The notes under the pieces are model-generated. The model did not search any database, had not been told where the DNA came from, and worked only from the letters and a program-made list of their open reading frames with translations. The translations under genes were made by a program, and so were the position numbers. A stretch of DNA of 64,000 bases, from the NCBI GenBank assembly GCA_963805975.1, contig CAWDVR010000002.1, positions 1,024,001 to 1,088,000 on the forward strand. The letters are read 5' to 3'. The DNA is from an uncultured Acidobacteriota bacterium (GTDB lineage: Bacteria; Acidobacteriota; Thermoanaerobaculia; Multivoradales; SZUA-115). Below are positions 19,982 through 29,242 of this stretch, piece by piece (positions within the stretch are counted from its first letter, which is position 1; every line of letters begins with the position of its first letter).

Positions 19982-22125
19982 GTCTGCCGGTAGAAGGTGC
20001 TGCCGGAGGCGGCCATGCTCCGGAGCAGCTCCGTCGGCCGGAAGCGGGTGCCCAGCCGGTCGGCGTAACGCTCCAGGCGATCGACGATCCGCGACAGGCC
20101 CTGGCGCTCGGCCTCGCGCAGGATACCGCCGCGGAAGGCCGGAAAGCCGAAGCCGAAGAGCACCCCGATGTCCACGTCGATGGGGTTGCCGATAATCCCT
20201 TCCTCGAGGGTGCGCGCCGTCTCGTTGAGCATGGCGAGGAAGCAGCGGTCGGCGATCTCCTCGGCTGCGATCTCGGCCGGCTGCCAGCCGAGGAGCGGGT
20301 ACAGCGAGCGGTCGACCTTCTTCGCCTTGCCGCTGTAGAGGTAGAAGCCCCGGCCCGACTTCCGGCCCAGCCTGCCGGCGGCCACCAGCTTCTCGAGCAC
20401 GGCCGGCGCCTCGATACGCTCGCCGAAGGCGGCGCGCATCACGCCGCCCACGTGCAGGCCGATGTCGAGCCCCACCTCGTCCATCAGCGCCAGGCCGCCC
20501 GCCGGCCAGCCCCAACGGGTGAGGGCGGTGTCGATCTGCTCGACGCTGGCGCCCTCGGTGAGGCACCAGGCGGCCTCGTTCAGGAAGGGGGCGAGCACCC
20601 GCGTGGTGAAGAAGCCGGGGCCGTCGCCGACCACGATCACCGTCTTGCCGAGCTGGCGGCCGATCTCGACGGCGGTGGCCACGGTCATCGGCCCCGTCTT
20701 CGGCTGGCGGATCACCTCGAGGAGCGGCATCTTGTGGACCGGCGAGAAGAAGTGCATGCCGACCACGTTCTCCGGCCGGCGGCTGACGCGGGCGATGTCG
20801 GCGATCGGCAGCGTCGAGGTGTTGGAGGCGAAGATCATGCGCTCCGGGGCCACGGCCTCGACCTCGCGGAGCACCGCGTGCTTGAGGTCCAGGTCCTCGA
20901 ACACGGCCTCGATCACCAGGTCCACGCCGCGGAAGGCCGCGAGGTCGGTCGAGCCGTGGAGGCGGGCGATCGCGGTCGCGAGCTCGGCCCGGGGGAGCCT
21001 CCGGCGCTTGCCGAGGTCGGCGAAGAGGCCGGCCGCCTGCTTCATGCCGCGGCTGAGCGCCGGCAGGTCGCGGTCCTTGAGCACCACGGAGACGCCCTTT
21101 GCCGCCAGGGACTGGGCGATGCCGGCACCCATGAAGCCGGCGCCGAGCACACCCACGCGCGCCGTGCCCTTGCGGATCGCGGGCCGTGCCGTCTCCGCCA
21201 GCTTGGCCGCGCGCGCCTCGACGTCGTTCTTCATGAAGAAGATCGCCATCAGGTGCTTGGCGGCCGGGGTGACCACGAGGCGGGCGAAAGCCTCAGACTC
21301 CACCTCGAGCCCGCGGGGCAGGGGCTTGGGCAGGCCGCTCGCCATCACCGCCACGGCCGCCAGCGGCGCCGGGTAGTGGCCGCCGGTCTTGGCCTGGATC
21401 TCGCGGCGCGCCTTGGCGAAGACCAGCGCGCCCGCCACCGGCACCTTGGCGAGAAAGGTCACGGCGCGGGCCCCAAAACCCACCAGCCGCCGGCGCGGCG
21501 GGCGACGCCCCAGGAGCCCGACCGCGGCGCTCTCCAGGTTGGCGCGGTGACAGGTCTCGTCGACCAGGCCGAGGCTCCGGGCACGGCGGGCGTCGATCGC
21601 CCGGCCGGTGGCGATGAGGTCGAGGGCCGCGGGCACCCCGATCAGACGGGGCAGCCGCTGGGTGCCGCCGAGCCCGGGGATCAGTCCGAGCTGCACCTCG
21701 GGCAGGCCGAGGCGGGTCTCGGGGGCCTCGGTGGCCACCCGCCAGGTGCAGCCGAGGGCCAGCTCCAGGCCGCCGCCCAGGCAGGCGCCGTGGATCGCGG
21801 CCACGGTGGGAAAGGGCAGGCCCTCGAGACGCCCGAGGAGCGCGTGCCCGCGTTTCAGGAGACGAGTGACACCCTCCGGGTCGCTGAAGCCGGCGAGCTC
21901 TTCGAGGTCCGCACCGGCCACGAAGCCGGCCCGCTTGCCGGAGAGCAGCACCAGCCCGCGCGGCGGGTCGGCCTCCAGCTCGGCCAGATGGTTCTCGAGC
22001 CAGATCAAGGTGCGGCTCGACAGCGTGTTGACCTTCTTGCCCGGCTCGTCGAGCACCAGCCAGGCGATGCCCTCCTGGTACTGGAGGCTGCCGGCGGCGG
22101 GAACGCCCGAGGCGGTGGTGGTCAT
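19978..22125 (-). CDS. fadJ: Fatty-acid oxidation complex alpha subunit (enoyl-CoA hydratase/3-hydroxyacyl-CoA dehydrogenase)
   Basis: FVAGADL, CLGGGLELAL, LPEVQLGLIPG.GGTQRLPRLIG, GAGFMGAGIA, ASNTSTLPI, GMHFFSPVHKMPLLE. Confidence 0.9.
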   Translation of the reverse strand: MTTTASGVPAAGSLQYQEGIAWLVLDEPGKKVNTLSSRTLIWLENHLAELEADPPRGLVLLSGKRAGFVAGADLEELAGFSDPEGVTRLLKRGHALLGRLEGLPFPTVAAIHGACLGGGLELALGCTWRVATEAPETRLGLPEVQLGLIPGLGGTQRLPRLIGVPAALDLIATGRAIDARRARSLGLVDETCHRANLESAAVGLLGRRPPRRRLVGFGARAVTFLAKVPVAGALVFAKARREIQAKTGGHYPAPLAAVAVMASGLPKPLPRGLEVESEAFARLVVTPAAKHLMAIFFMKNDVEARAAKLAETARPAIRKGTARVGVLGAGFMGAGIAQSLAAKGVSVVLKDRDLPALSRGMKQAAGLFADLGKRRRLPRAELATAIARLHGSTDLAAFRGVDLVIEAVFEDLDLKHAVLREVEAVAPERMIFASNTSTLPIADIARVSRRPENVVGMHFFSPVHKMPLLEVIRQPKTGPMTVATAVEIGRQLGKTVIVVGDGPGFFTTRVLAPFLNEAAWCLTEGASVEQIDTALTRWGWPAGGLALMDEVGLDIGLHVGGVMRAAFGERIEAPAVLEKLVAAGRLGRKSGRGFYLYSGKAKKVDRSLYPLLGWQPAEIAAEEIADRCFLAMLNETARTLEEGIIGNPIDVDIGVLFGFGFPAFRGGILREAERQGLSRIVDRLERYADRLGTRFRPTELLRSMAASGSTFYRQT

Positions 22126-22135
22126 GAGTGGAGCC

Positions 22136-22552
22136 TCAGAGCTGGTACAGCATCCAGTAGACGACCACGCCCGTCACCGAGACGTAGAGCCAGATCGGCA
22201 ACGTCCAACGGGCCAGAGCGCGGTGGCGGTCGAAGCGGCCGCGCAAGGCCAGGCGCAGCGTGAGGATGGCCAGCACCGGCACCGCGGCCGCCAGCACGGT
22301 GTGGGTGAGAAGAATCGACAGATAGAGGGTCCGCACCCAACCGGTGCCCTGGAAGCGGACCGAGCCCACCTGCGAGTGGTAGAAGAGGTAGGAGGCCAGA
22401 AAGAGTACCGAGCAGCCGAAGGCGGAGAGCATCACGGCGCGGTGGGCCCGCACCCTGCCGCGGCGGATCAGCCCGTAGCCCACCACCAGCAGCGCCGCCG
22501 CCGTGGCGTTGAGCGCGGCGTTGACGGTGGGCAGGTCGCGGACCTCGAGCAG
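22136..22552 (-). CDS. DUF420 membrane protein (oxidase-assembly associated)
   Basis: LPTVNAALN...HRAVM...LTHTVLA...HRALARWTLPIWLYVSVTGVVVY. The start is uncertain (CTG after GAGGGG). Confidence 0.85.
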   Translation of the reverse strand: MLEVRDLPTVNAALNATAAALLVVGYGLIRRGRVRAHRAVMLSAFGCSVLFLASYLFYHSQVGSVRFQGTGWVRTLYLSILLTHTVLAAAVPVLAILTLRLALRGRFDRHRALARWTLPIWLYVSVTGVVVYWMLYQL

Positions 22553-22563
22553 ACGTCCCCCCT

Positions 22564-23187
22564 CTAGCCGCCGGGCTCGGTCAGCAGCGCCTCGAGATCG
22601 GCCAGCAGCCGCTTGACCTGGGCCTTCTCGAAGGCGTCGTAGTAGCCCCGGATGCCGCCCTCGCGGTCGACGAGCACGAAACGCGTCGAGTGCACGATCG
22701 GCCCCTGCTCCTCCGGCGCTCCCTCCGTGGCCCGGGCCACGCCGAGCTTGAAGCCGTCGACCGACAGCTCCCAGATCGCCTCGCGCGTGCCGGCCAGGAA
22801 CAGCCAGTCGTCCCCCGCGCCGTAGCGCGCCGCGTACTCCGCCAGCACCTCGGGAGTGTCGTAGTCGGGATCGACGGTGAAAGAGACGCGGCGCACGCCT
22901 GGAGGAAGCTTGCTCCCCAGCGCGGCCATCTCCTGGCTCATCTTGAGGCAGGGTCCGGGACAGCGGGTGAAGATGAAGTCCGCCACCCAGGGGGCCGTGG
23001 AGAGACTGGCCAGCGTCACCTCGCGGCCGTCGCGGTTCACGAGCACGAAGCCCGGCAGATAGCTGAGCTTGGGCGGCGGGGAGGGGATGGGCTGGCCCCT
23101 CTTCCACAGCGCCAGTGCCGTCGCCGACCCCAAGGCCACGGCGAGCACCCCCCAGAGCAGGGCACGCGTCCATCCGCGGTTGGCCAT
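22564..23187 (-). CDS. sco: SCO1/SenC copper chaperone
   Basis: FIFTRCPGPC (CxxxC), VDPDYDT, HSTRFVLVD. Confidence 0.92.
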   Translation of the reverse strand: MANRGWTRALLWGVLAVALGSATALALWKRGQPIPSPPPKLSYLPGFVLVNRDGREVTLASLSTAPWVADFIFTRCPGPCLKMSQEMAALGSKLPPGVRRVSFTVDPDYDTPEVLAEYAARYGAGDDWLFLAGTREAIWELSVDGFKLGVARATEGAPEEQGPIVHSTRFVLVDREGGIRGYYDAFEKAQVKRLLADLEALLTEPGG

Positions 23188-23194
23188 CGGCGGC

Positions 23195-24106
23195 CTACGC
23201 CAGCAGCCGATCGACGACCATGGCGCCGAGGACCGCTGGCAGGTAGAGGACCGAGGCGAGGAGCAGCCGCCGCGCGGCCGGAACCGAGGTGTCGCGAGCG
23301 AAGAGGAGGGAGCACGCCAGGTAGCCGAGCCCCAGCGCCAGAGCGGCGAAGAAGTAGAGCGCTCCGGCCAGGTGGAGGGCCGTGGGCAGCAGGGAGACGG
23401 GGATCAGGGCCGCGCCCCAGAGGATCATCTGCTGGGCCGTGCGGCGGCCATCCGGGTCCTCGACGGTGAGCATGCGGAAGCCGCCGCGGGCGTAGTCGTC
23501 GCGGTACATCCAGGCGATGGCGAGGAAGTGCGGCATCTGCCAGAAAAAGAGCAGGCCGAAGAGCGCCCAGGCGCCCAGCTCGATCTCGCCCCGCGCCGCC
23601 GTCCAGCCCATCATCGGCGGGATGGCGCCGGGCACCGCGCCCACCACCGTCGAGAGCGAGGTCCAGCGCTTCATCGGGGTGTAGACGAACACGTAGCCCA
23701 CCACCGTCAGCGCCCCCAGGCCGGCGGTCACGCCATTGACCTGGGTGAGGAGTGTCACGAGACCGAGGATCACCAGGCCGACCCCGAAGGCGAGGGCGCC
23801 GTCCGGGTCGACACGCCCGGAGGGCACCGGCCGGCCGGCCGTGCGCCGCATGCGCGCGTCCCACTCCCGCTCCAGCACCTGGTTCAGGACCGAGGCTCCG
23901 GAAGCGAGGAGCGCCGTGCCGAGGAGAGCCCAGAAAAGGAGCGCTCCGGCGGCGCCCATCGGGGCCGCGGCACCACCGGCGAAGAGGAAGCCCGCCGCGG
24001 CGGTGATCGCCACCATGCTCGTGATGCGGGGCTTGGTCATCTCCAGCCAGTCGCCAAACCGCGCCCGGGCGGCGGGCCGCGCACCCGGCGCCGGAGGTCC
24101 GGTCAT
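23195..24106 (-). CDS. ctaB: Heme o synthase (protoheme IX farnesyltransferase)
   Basis: TKPRI, NQVLEREWDARMRRTAGRP, YTPMKR, GAVPGAIPP, FFWQMPHF, DYARGG. Confidence 0.93.
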   Translation of the reverse strand: MTGPPAPGARPAARARFGDWLEMTKPRITSMVAITAAAGFLFAGGAAAPMGAAGALLFWALLGTALLASGASVLNQVLEREWDARMRRTAGRPVPSGRVDPDGALAFGVGLVILGLVTLLTQVNGVTAGLGALTVVGYVFVYTPMKRWTSLSTVVGAVPGAIPPMMGWTAARGEIELGAWALFGLLFFWQMPHFLAIAWMYRDDYARGGFRMLTVEDPDGRRTAQQMILWGAALIPVSLLPTALHLAGALYFFAALALGLGYLACSLLFARDTSVPAARRLLLASVLYLPAVLGAMVVDRLLA

Positions 24107-24315
24107 GGCAGGCGCGCTCAGACGGCCTCCGCGAGGACGGAACGGAACGGGATGACGGCGAGGAAGGCGAGAGCCATGGTCGATGGGCGCGTGGGAGCTT
24201 CGGACAGGCGGCCCGCGCGTGCAAACGTGCAAGCGAGCAACTGGCGGGGCCGACCGCGAGAGTGTATCTCACGTAGGGCGCCCCGGCTGGCGCGGCGGCC
24301 GGCGCACGGGGGAGA

Positions 24316-25086
24316 ATGACGCCCGTGTTCGGCTTCGACGAATGGCTGGCGGCCCGGGGCGGCAGCGGCGCGCTGGCGCTGCTGGTTGCGGTCCTTCTCG
24401 GCCTGCGCCATGCCACCGACCCCGACCATCTGACCGCGGTCTCGACGCTGGTCCTCTCGGACGAGCGCGAGGGCACACGGCGCGCCGGCCGGCTCGGGCT
24501 CGCCTGGGGCCTGGGGCACGCGGTGACCCTCTTCCTCTTCGGGCTGCCGGTGATTCTGTTCCGACGCTTCCTGCCGCCCGTGGTCGAGACCGCGGCCGAG
24601 GTCGGTGTGGGGGTGCTGATCGTGGTTCTGGCGGCGCGGCTCCTGCTGCGCTGGCGCCGCGGCAGCTTCCACTCCCATCCGCACGCGCACGGTGACGTAG
24701 CGCACGCCCATCCGCACGCCCACGAGCTCGCCGCCGGAGCCAAGCACGGCGGGCAGCACCAGCACGCGCACGCCGAGAGCCTCGGGCGCTCGCCGCTCGC
24801 CGCCTTCGGCATCGGCCTGCTGCACGGCGCCGGCGGCTCGGCGGCGGTGGGGGTGCTGCTGGTGGGCGCCGTCTCCGGCCGCGCACGCGGCGCCCTCGCG
24901 CTGGTGCTGTTCGCCGTGGCGACCGCGGCGTCGATGGCGCTGGTGTCCTCGGCGGTGGGCTACGCGCTGGTACGCGGTCGCGCCACGCGTCGCCTGGAGA
25001 GCTGGGTCCCCGTGCTCAGCGTCGCCGGAATGCTCTTCGGCCTCTGGTATGCGGTCGATGCGCTGGGCGGTCTGCCGGGGCACTGA
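24316..25086 (+). CDS. NiCoT/UreH-like Ni/Co permease with His-rich loop
   Basis: GLRHATDPDH, WGLGH, HSHPHAHG..HAHPHAH, GLLHGAGGS. Confidence 0.85.
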   Translation: MTPVFGFDEWLAARGGSGALALLVAVLLGLRHATDPDHLTAVSTLVLSDEREGTRRAGRLGLAWGLGHAVTLFLFGLPVILFRRFLPPVVETAAEVGVGVLIVVLAARLLLRWRRGSFHSHPHAHGDVAHAHPHAHELAAGAKHGGQHQHAHAESLGRSPLAAFGIGLLHGAGGSAAVGVLLVGAVSGRARGALALVLFAVATAASMALVSSAVGYALVRGRATRRLESWVPVLSVAGMLFGLWYAVDALGGLPGH

Positions 25087-25104
25087 GTCCTGCTCGAGGT
25101 GCAG

Positions 25105-25143
25105 CCAAGCCAAGGTGGCTTGGGTCGGTATATCCTTCGACCC
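25105..25143 (+). promoter_or_regulatory. Putative toxin-antitoxin promoter/operator with two inverted repeats
   Basis: CCAAGCCA-agg-TGGCTTGG (25105-25123) and GGGTCG-N10-CGACCC (25122-25143) flanking a TATCCT -10-like hexamer just before the ATG. Confidence 0.5.
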
Positions 25144-25146
25144 GCG

Positions 25147-25398
25147 ATGAGCGAAGACCAGCTTCTGGAGCGCATCACGGTCAACCCGGCGATCTTCGGC
25201 GGCAAGCCCATCGTGCGCGGGCGACGGCTCGCCGTCGAGCATGTTCTCGGCATGCTGGCGACCGGGGACAGCGTCGAGACCCTCCTCGAAGGCTATCCCT
25301 GGCTCGAGCGGGAAGACGTTCTCGCCTGCCTGGCCTACGCGCGGCGCCTTGTGGGCCACGAGCGAGTCGAGCCTCGCGTCCAAGTTCTCGCCTCGTGA
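25147..25398 (+). CDS. DUF433-family antitoxin
   Basis: RITVNPAIFGGKPIVRGRRLAVEHVL...YPWLEREDVLACLAYA. Confidence 0.9.
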   Translation: MSEDQLLERITVNPAIFGGKPIVRGRRLAVEHVLGMLATGDSVETLLEGYPWLEREDVLACLAYARRLVGHERVEPRVQVLAS

Positions 25399-25742
25399 GA
25401 CTCCTCCTCGATTCCTGCGTCTGGGGGCGCACTTGTGAGCCGCTCGCGCAGGCGGGCCACGACGCGGTGTGGGTCGGCACCTGGGAACAGGACCCAGGGG
25501 ACGAAGAAATCCTGCAACACGCCTTGCGGGAGAACCGCGTTCTGGTGACGCTCGACAAAGACTTCGGCGAGCTGGCGGTGGTGAAGGGCCAAGCCCACGC
25601 CGGGATCATCCGGCTCGTCGGCTTTTCGGCTCGCGAGCAGGCCGAGGTCTGCCTCGAGCTCCTCGCTCGCTATGGCGAAGAGCTGGCGGCTGGGAGCCTG
25701 ATCACGGCCGACCCCGTGCGGGTGAGAATTCGCCCCGGCTGA
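25395..25742 (+). CDS. DUF5615 PIN-like toxin
   Basis: MRLLLDSCV...GHDAVWV...DEEILQHA..ENRVLVTLDKDFGEL; coupled to the DUF433 gene. Confidence 0.88.
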   Translation: MRLLLDSCVWGRTCEPLAQAGHDAVWVGTWEQDPGDEEILQHALRENRVLVTLDKDFGELAVVKGQAHAGIIRLVGFSAREQAEVCLELLARYGEELAAGSLITADPVRVRIRPG

Positions 25743-25786
25743 GCGTCAATAAGGAGGGGGGCATGCTCCGATCGCACCCGCCCCCC

Positions 25787-27187
25787 TCACACCGTCCGCG
25801 AATACACCGGCCGGCCCCGTTCCCGCTGTGCTTCGAGGTAGCGGTCGAAGGCCATGCAGAGGTTGCGCACAAAGATCCGGCCGGGCTCGGTGACGCGCAG
25901 CGCACGTCCCTCGTCCACGACCAGGCCGGCGGCGCGCGCTCCGTCCGGCTGCGCCAGCTCGGCGAGCGGGCCGGCGAAGTAGTGGTCGAAGTCGATGCCG
26001 AAGCGCCGCTCGACCTCGTCCTTGTCGAGCACGAAATTGCACATCAACTGGCGGATCACGTGCTGGCGCAGGCGGTCGTCGTCGTCCAGCAGGTAGCCGC
26101 GCTCGATCGGCAGCCGGCCGGCGTCGAGCGCCCGGTAGTAGGCCGGAAGCTTGCGCTCGTTCTGGAAGTACGCCCCTTCCACCTCGCCGATGCCGGAGAC
26201 CCCGAGGGCGACCATCGCCGAGGCCGGCTGCACGGTGTAGCCCATGAAATTGCGGTCGAGCCGCGAGGCGTGGGCGGCGCGCGCCAGCTCGTCGCCGGGC
26301 AGGGCGAAATGGTCCATGCCGATCGACTCGTAGCCGGCGCCGAGCATTCGTTCGAGGGCCATCGAATAGAGCGCCAGCTTGACCTCGCCCGCCGGCAGGG
26401 CTGCCACGTCGATGCGCTTCTGGTGCGGCCGGGCCCACGGCACGTAGGCGAAGGAGTACATGGCCACACGATCGGGCTTGAGCTCCAGCAGGCGGTCGAG
26501 ATTGGTCTCGAAGGTCGCCTCGTCCTGGCGCGGCAATCCGTAGACGAGGTCGAAGTTGATGCCCTCGCAGAAGCCGAGATCGCGCGCCGCCTCGACGATG
26601 GTGCGGGTCTCCTCGAAGGTCTGGCCGCGCCCGATCGCCTCCTGGACCGCGGGGGTGAAGTCCTGGACTCCCAGCGACAGCCGGTTGAAGCCGAGACGGG
26701 CCAGGGTCTCGAGATGGTCGCGCGTCGTGAAGCGCGGATCGACCTCGATCGCTATCTCGGCGCCGGGCTCGAAGGCGAACCGTCCCGTCACGGCCGCGAA
26801 CAGCTCCTCGAGCTCGGTCGGCGAGAGGTAGGTCGGCGTGCCGCCGCCCCACTGCATCTGGGCGAGCGAGCGCCGCTGCGGCAGGCGCTCGGCCAGGAGA
26901 TCGATCTCGCGCCGGAGATAGTCGAGGTAGGTCCGAGCGACCTCGTGATGCGGCGTCGGGACGAAGTGACAGGCGCAGAAGGTGCAGGTTCTCTCGCAGA
27001 ACGGGATGTGCACGTAGAGGCTGAGCGCTTGCCGGTCCTGGTCGGCGCGGGCCAGGCGCTCGAGGTACGACGTTTCACCCACACCCTCGTGAAACTCGAC
27101 CGCGGTCGGGTACGAGGTGTAGCGCGGCCCGGAGCGATCGAAGCGGCGGACCAGCTCGGGGTCGACGCGGAGGCGCTCGCCGCTCAT
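25787..27187 (-). CDS. hemN: Oxygen-independent coproporphyrinogen III oxidase
   Basis: GPRYTSYPTA, YVHIPFCERTCTFCAC, GGGTPT, RNFMGYT. Confidence 0.95.
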   Translation of the reverse strand: MSGERLRVDPELVRRFDRSGPRYTSYPTAVEFHEGVGETSYLERLARADQDRQALSLYVHIPFCERTCTFCACHFVPTPHHEVARTYLDYLRREIDLLAERLPQRRSLAQMQWGGGTPTYLSPTELEELFAAVTGRFAFEPGAEIAIEVDPRFTTRDHLETLARLGFNRLSLGVQDFTPAVQEAIGRGQTFEETRTIVEAARDLGFCEGINFDLVYGLPRQDEATFETNLDRLLELKPDRVAMYSFAYVPWARPHQKRIDVAALPAGEVKLALYSMALERMLGAGYESIGMDHFALPGDELARAAHASRLDRNFMGYTVQPASAMVALGVSGIGEVEGAYFQNERKLPAYYRALDAGRLPIERGYLLDDDDRLRQHVIRQLMCNFVLDKDEVERRFGIDFDHYFAGPLAELAQPDGARAAGLVVDEGRALRVTEPGRIFVRNLCMAFDRYLEAQRERGRPVYSRTV

Positions 27188-28242
27188 ACGAAAGCGGAGC
27201 CTACCGAGGTCCGCTGGTGAACGTGGTCGACGAGGCGCGCCACCTTGTCGGGATCGGTCGTGGGCTCGATGCCGTGACCGAGGTTGAAGATGTGGCCCGG
27301 CGCCGGGCCCGCCGCGTCGAGCACGTGGTCGGCCTGCCGGTCGAGCTCTTCGTCCGGGGCGAAGAGCGCCGCCGGGTCCAGATTGCCCTGCACGGCGAGG
27401 CCGGGGCCGGCGATCTCGCGGGCCCGGGCGAGAGGCATGCGCCAGTCGACGCCGAGAACCTCGACGGGCAGCTTCGAGGCGCTTTCGAGCAGGGTCGCTC
27501 CCTGGTACGGGAAATAGATGCGCGGCAGGCCGAGCGGGCCCAGGGCCTCCAGAATCTTCCGCATCGGCGGCAGGGCGAAGCGCCGGAACTCCGCCGGCCC
27601 GAGCAACCCGGCCCAGGAATCGAACACCATCAGCGCCCGTGCACCGGCGCGCGCCTGGGCCGCGAGGTAGGCGATCGAGAGGTCGGCGAGCCAGTCGAGC
27701 AAACGCACCGCCGCTGCCGGCTCGGCGTAGAGAAACGACCGGGCGGTGATGAAGCTCTTCGAAGCCTTGCCCTCGACGAGGTAGCAGAAGAGCGTGAACG
27801 GCGCGCCCGCGAAGCCGATCAGCGGCACCTCGGGTGGAAGCTCGGTGGAGAGCGCACGGAGGGTCGCCGTCACGTAGGGAAAGCTCTCCTCGAGGTCGTG
27901 CCGCCGCAGTGCATCGACCGCCGCGGGAGTCCGTACCGGCCGTTCGAGCACCGGCCCAGGCGAGAAGGTGAGGCCCAGGCCGAGGCCGTCGAGCGGGGTC
28001 ATGATGTCGGCGAAGAGGATGGCGGCATCGAGCGCGAAGCGCCGGATCGGTTGCAGCGTGACCTCGGCCGCCAGCTCCGGCGTGCGCATCACGGTCAGGA
28101 AGTCGTGTTTCTCGCGCAGCGCCCGGTACTCGGGCAGGTAGCGGCCGGCCTGCCGCATGATCCAAATCGGCGTGTGCGCGGCCGGCAACCGGCGGCAGGC
28201 GGCGAGAAACGGCGGCAGCGGTGGCGAGGCGCCGTCGATCAC
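27184..28242 (-). CDS. hemE: Uroporphyrinogen decarboxylase
   Basis: PIWIMRQAGRYLPEY, DAAILFADI, GFAGAPFTL, QGNLDP, IFNLGHG. Confidence 0.96.
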   Translation of the reverse strand: MIDGASPPLPPFLAACRRLPAAHTPIWIMRQAGRYLPEYRALREKHDFLTVMRTPELAAEVTLQPIRRFALDAAILFADIMTPLDGLGLGLTFSPGPVLERPVRTPAAVDALRRHDLEESFPYVTATLRALSTELPPEVPLIGFAGAPFTLFCYLVEGKASKSFITARSFLYAEPAAAVRLLDWLADLSIAYLAAQARAGARALMVFDSWAGLLGPAEFRRFALPPMRKILEALGPLGLPRIYFPYQGATLLESASKLPVEVLGVDWRMPLARAREIAGPGLAVQGNLDPAALFAPDEELDRQADHVLDAAGPAPGHIFNLGHGIEPTTDPDKVARLVDHVHQRTSVGSAFV

Positions 28243-28252
28243 GCGGTTTCCA

Positions 28253-29242
28253 TCACCGTGGCTCCCGGAGCCAGCGGGCCACCTGGGGCGCGAAGTAGGT
28301 GAGGATGATGTCGGCGCCGGCCCGCTTGATGCCGGTCAGGCTCTCGAGCACCACGCGGCGCTCGTCGAGAAAGCCGCGTTCGGCGGCAGCCTTGATCAGG
28401 CTGTACTCCCCGGAAACCTGGTAGGCCGCGGTCGGCATGCCGAAGGCGTCCTTCACCCGCCGCACGACGTCGAGATACGGCCCCGCCGGCTTCACCATCA
28501 CGATGTCGGCGCCCTCCTCGATGTCGAGCGCCACCTCGCGCAGGGCCTCCAGGGCGTTGGCCGGGTCCATCTGATAGGCCTTGCGGTCGCCGAAGGCCGG
28601 AGTGGAGCCGGCCGCTTCGCGGAACGGCCCGTAGAAGGCCGAGGCGTACTTCGCGGCATAGGAGACGATCGGCAGATCGGGAAAGCCGCCCTCGTCGAGC
28701 GCCGCGCGCAGCGCTCCCACCCGGCCGTCCATCATGTCGGAAGGGGCCACGGCATCGGCGCCCGCCGCGGCATAGGCGAGCGCCGACCGGGCGAGAAGCG
28801 GCAGCGTCTCGTCGTTCTTCACACGGCCCTCGCCGTCGAGCACTCCGCAATGCCCGTGGCTGGTGTACTCACAGAGGCAGACGTCGGCCCAGACCAGGAG
28901 CTCCGGCAGCGCGGCCTTGAGGGCGCGGATGGCGCGCGGCACGATACCGTCCGCAGAGTAGCCTTCGCTGCCCAGGGGGTCCTTGTGCTCCGGGATGCCG
29001 AACAGGATCACCGCCGGCACACCCGGCTCGTGCGCGGCGCGGGCCTCGATCACCAACTGGTCGATCGAGAGCTGGCAGATGCCCGGCATGCTCCCCACCG
29101 GGTTGCGCACCCCCTCGCCGGGGACCACGAACATCGGGTACACCAGGTCCGCCGCCCGCAGGTGGGTCTCGGCCACCATGTCGCGCCAGGCGGCAGAAGC
29201 GCGCAGCCGGCGCGGGCGTTGTTGGGGGAAGGGCATCGTCAA
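28253..29242 (-). CDS. hemB: Porphobilinogen synthase (Zn-type)
   Basis: [53 protein letters not shown]. Confidence 0.96.
   Translation of the reverse strand: MTMPFPQQRPRRLRASAAWRDMVAETHLRAADLVYPMFVVPGEGVRNPVGSMPGICQLSIDQLVIEARAAHEPGVPAVILFGIPEHKDPLGSEGYSADGIVPRAIRALKAALPELLVWADVCLCEYTSHGHCGVLDGEGRVKNDETLPLLARSALAYAAAGADAVAPSDMMDGRVGALRAALDEGGFPDLPIVSYAAKYASAFYGPFREAAGSTPAFGDRKAYQMDPANALEALREVALDIEEGADIVMVKPAGPYLDVVRRVKDAFGMPTAAYQVSGEYSLIKAAAERGFLDERRVVLESLTGIKRAGADIILTYFAPQVARWLREPR

Noticed and set aside
22550-22552. Regulatory CTG start codon for DUF420
   Set aside because: Cannot be distinguished from a base error in this indel-rich sequence.
24118-24240. Remnant of ctaA upstream of ctaB
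   Set aside because: Only a short hydrophobic peptide with no heme A synthase motifs.
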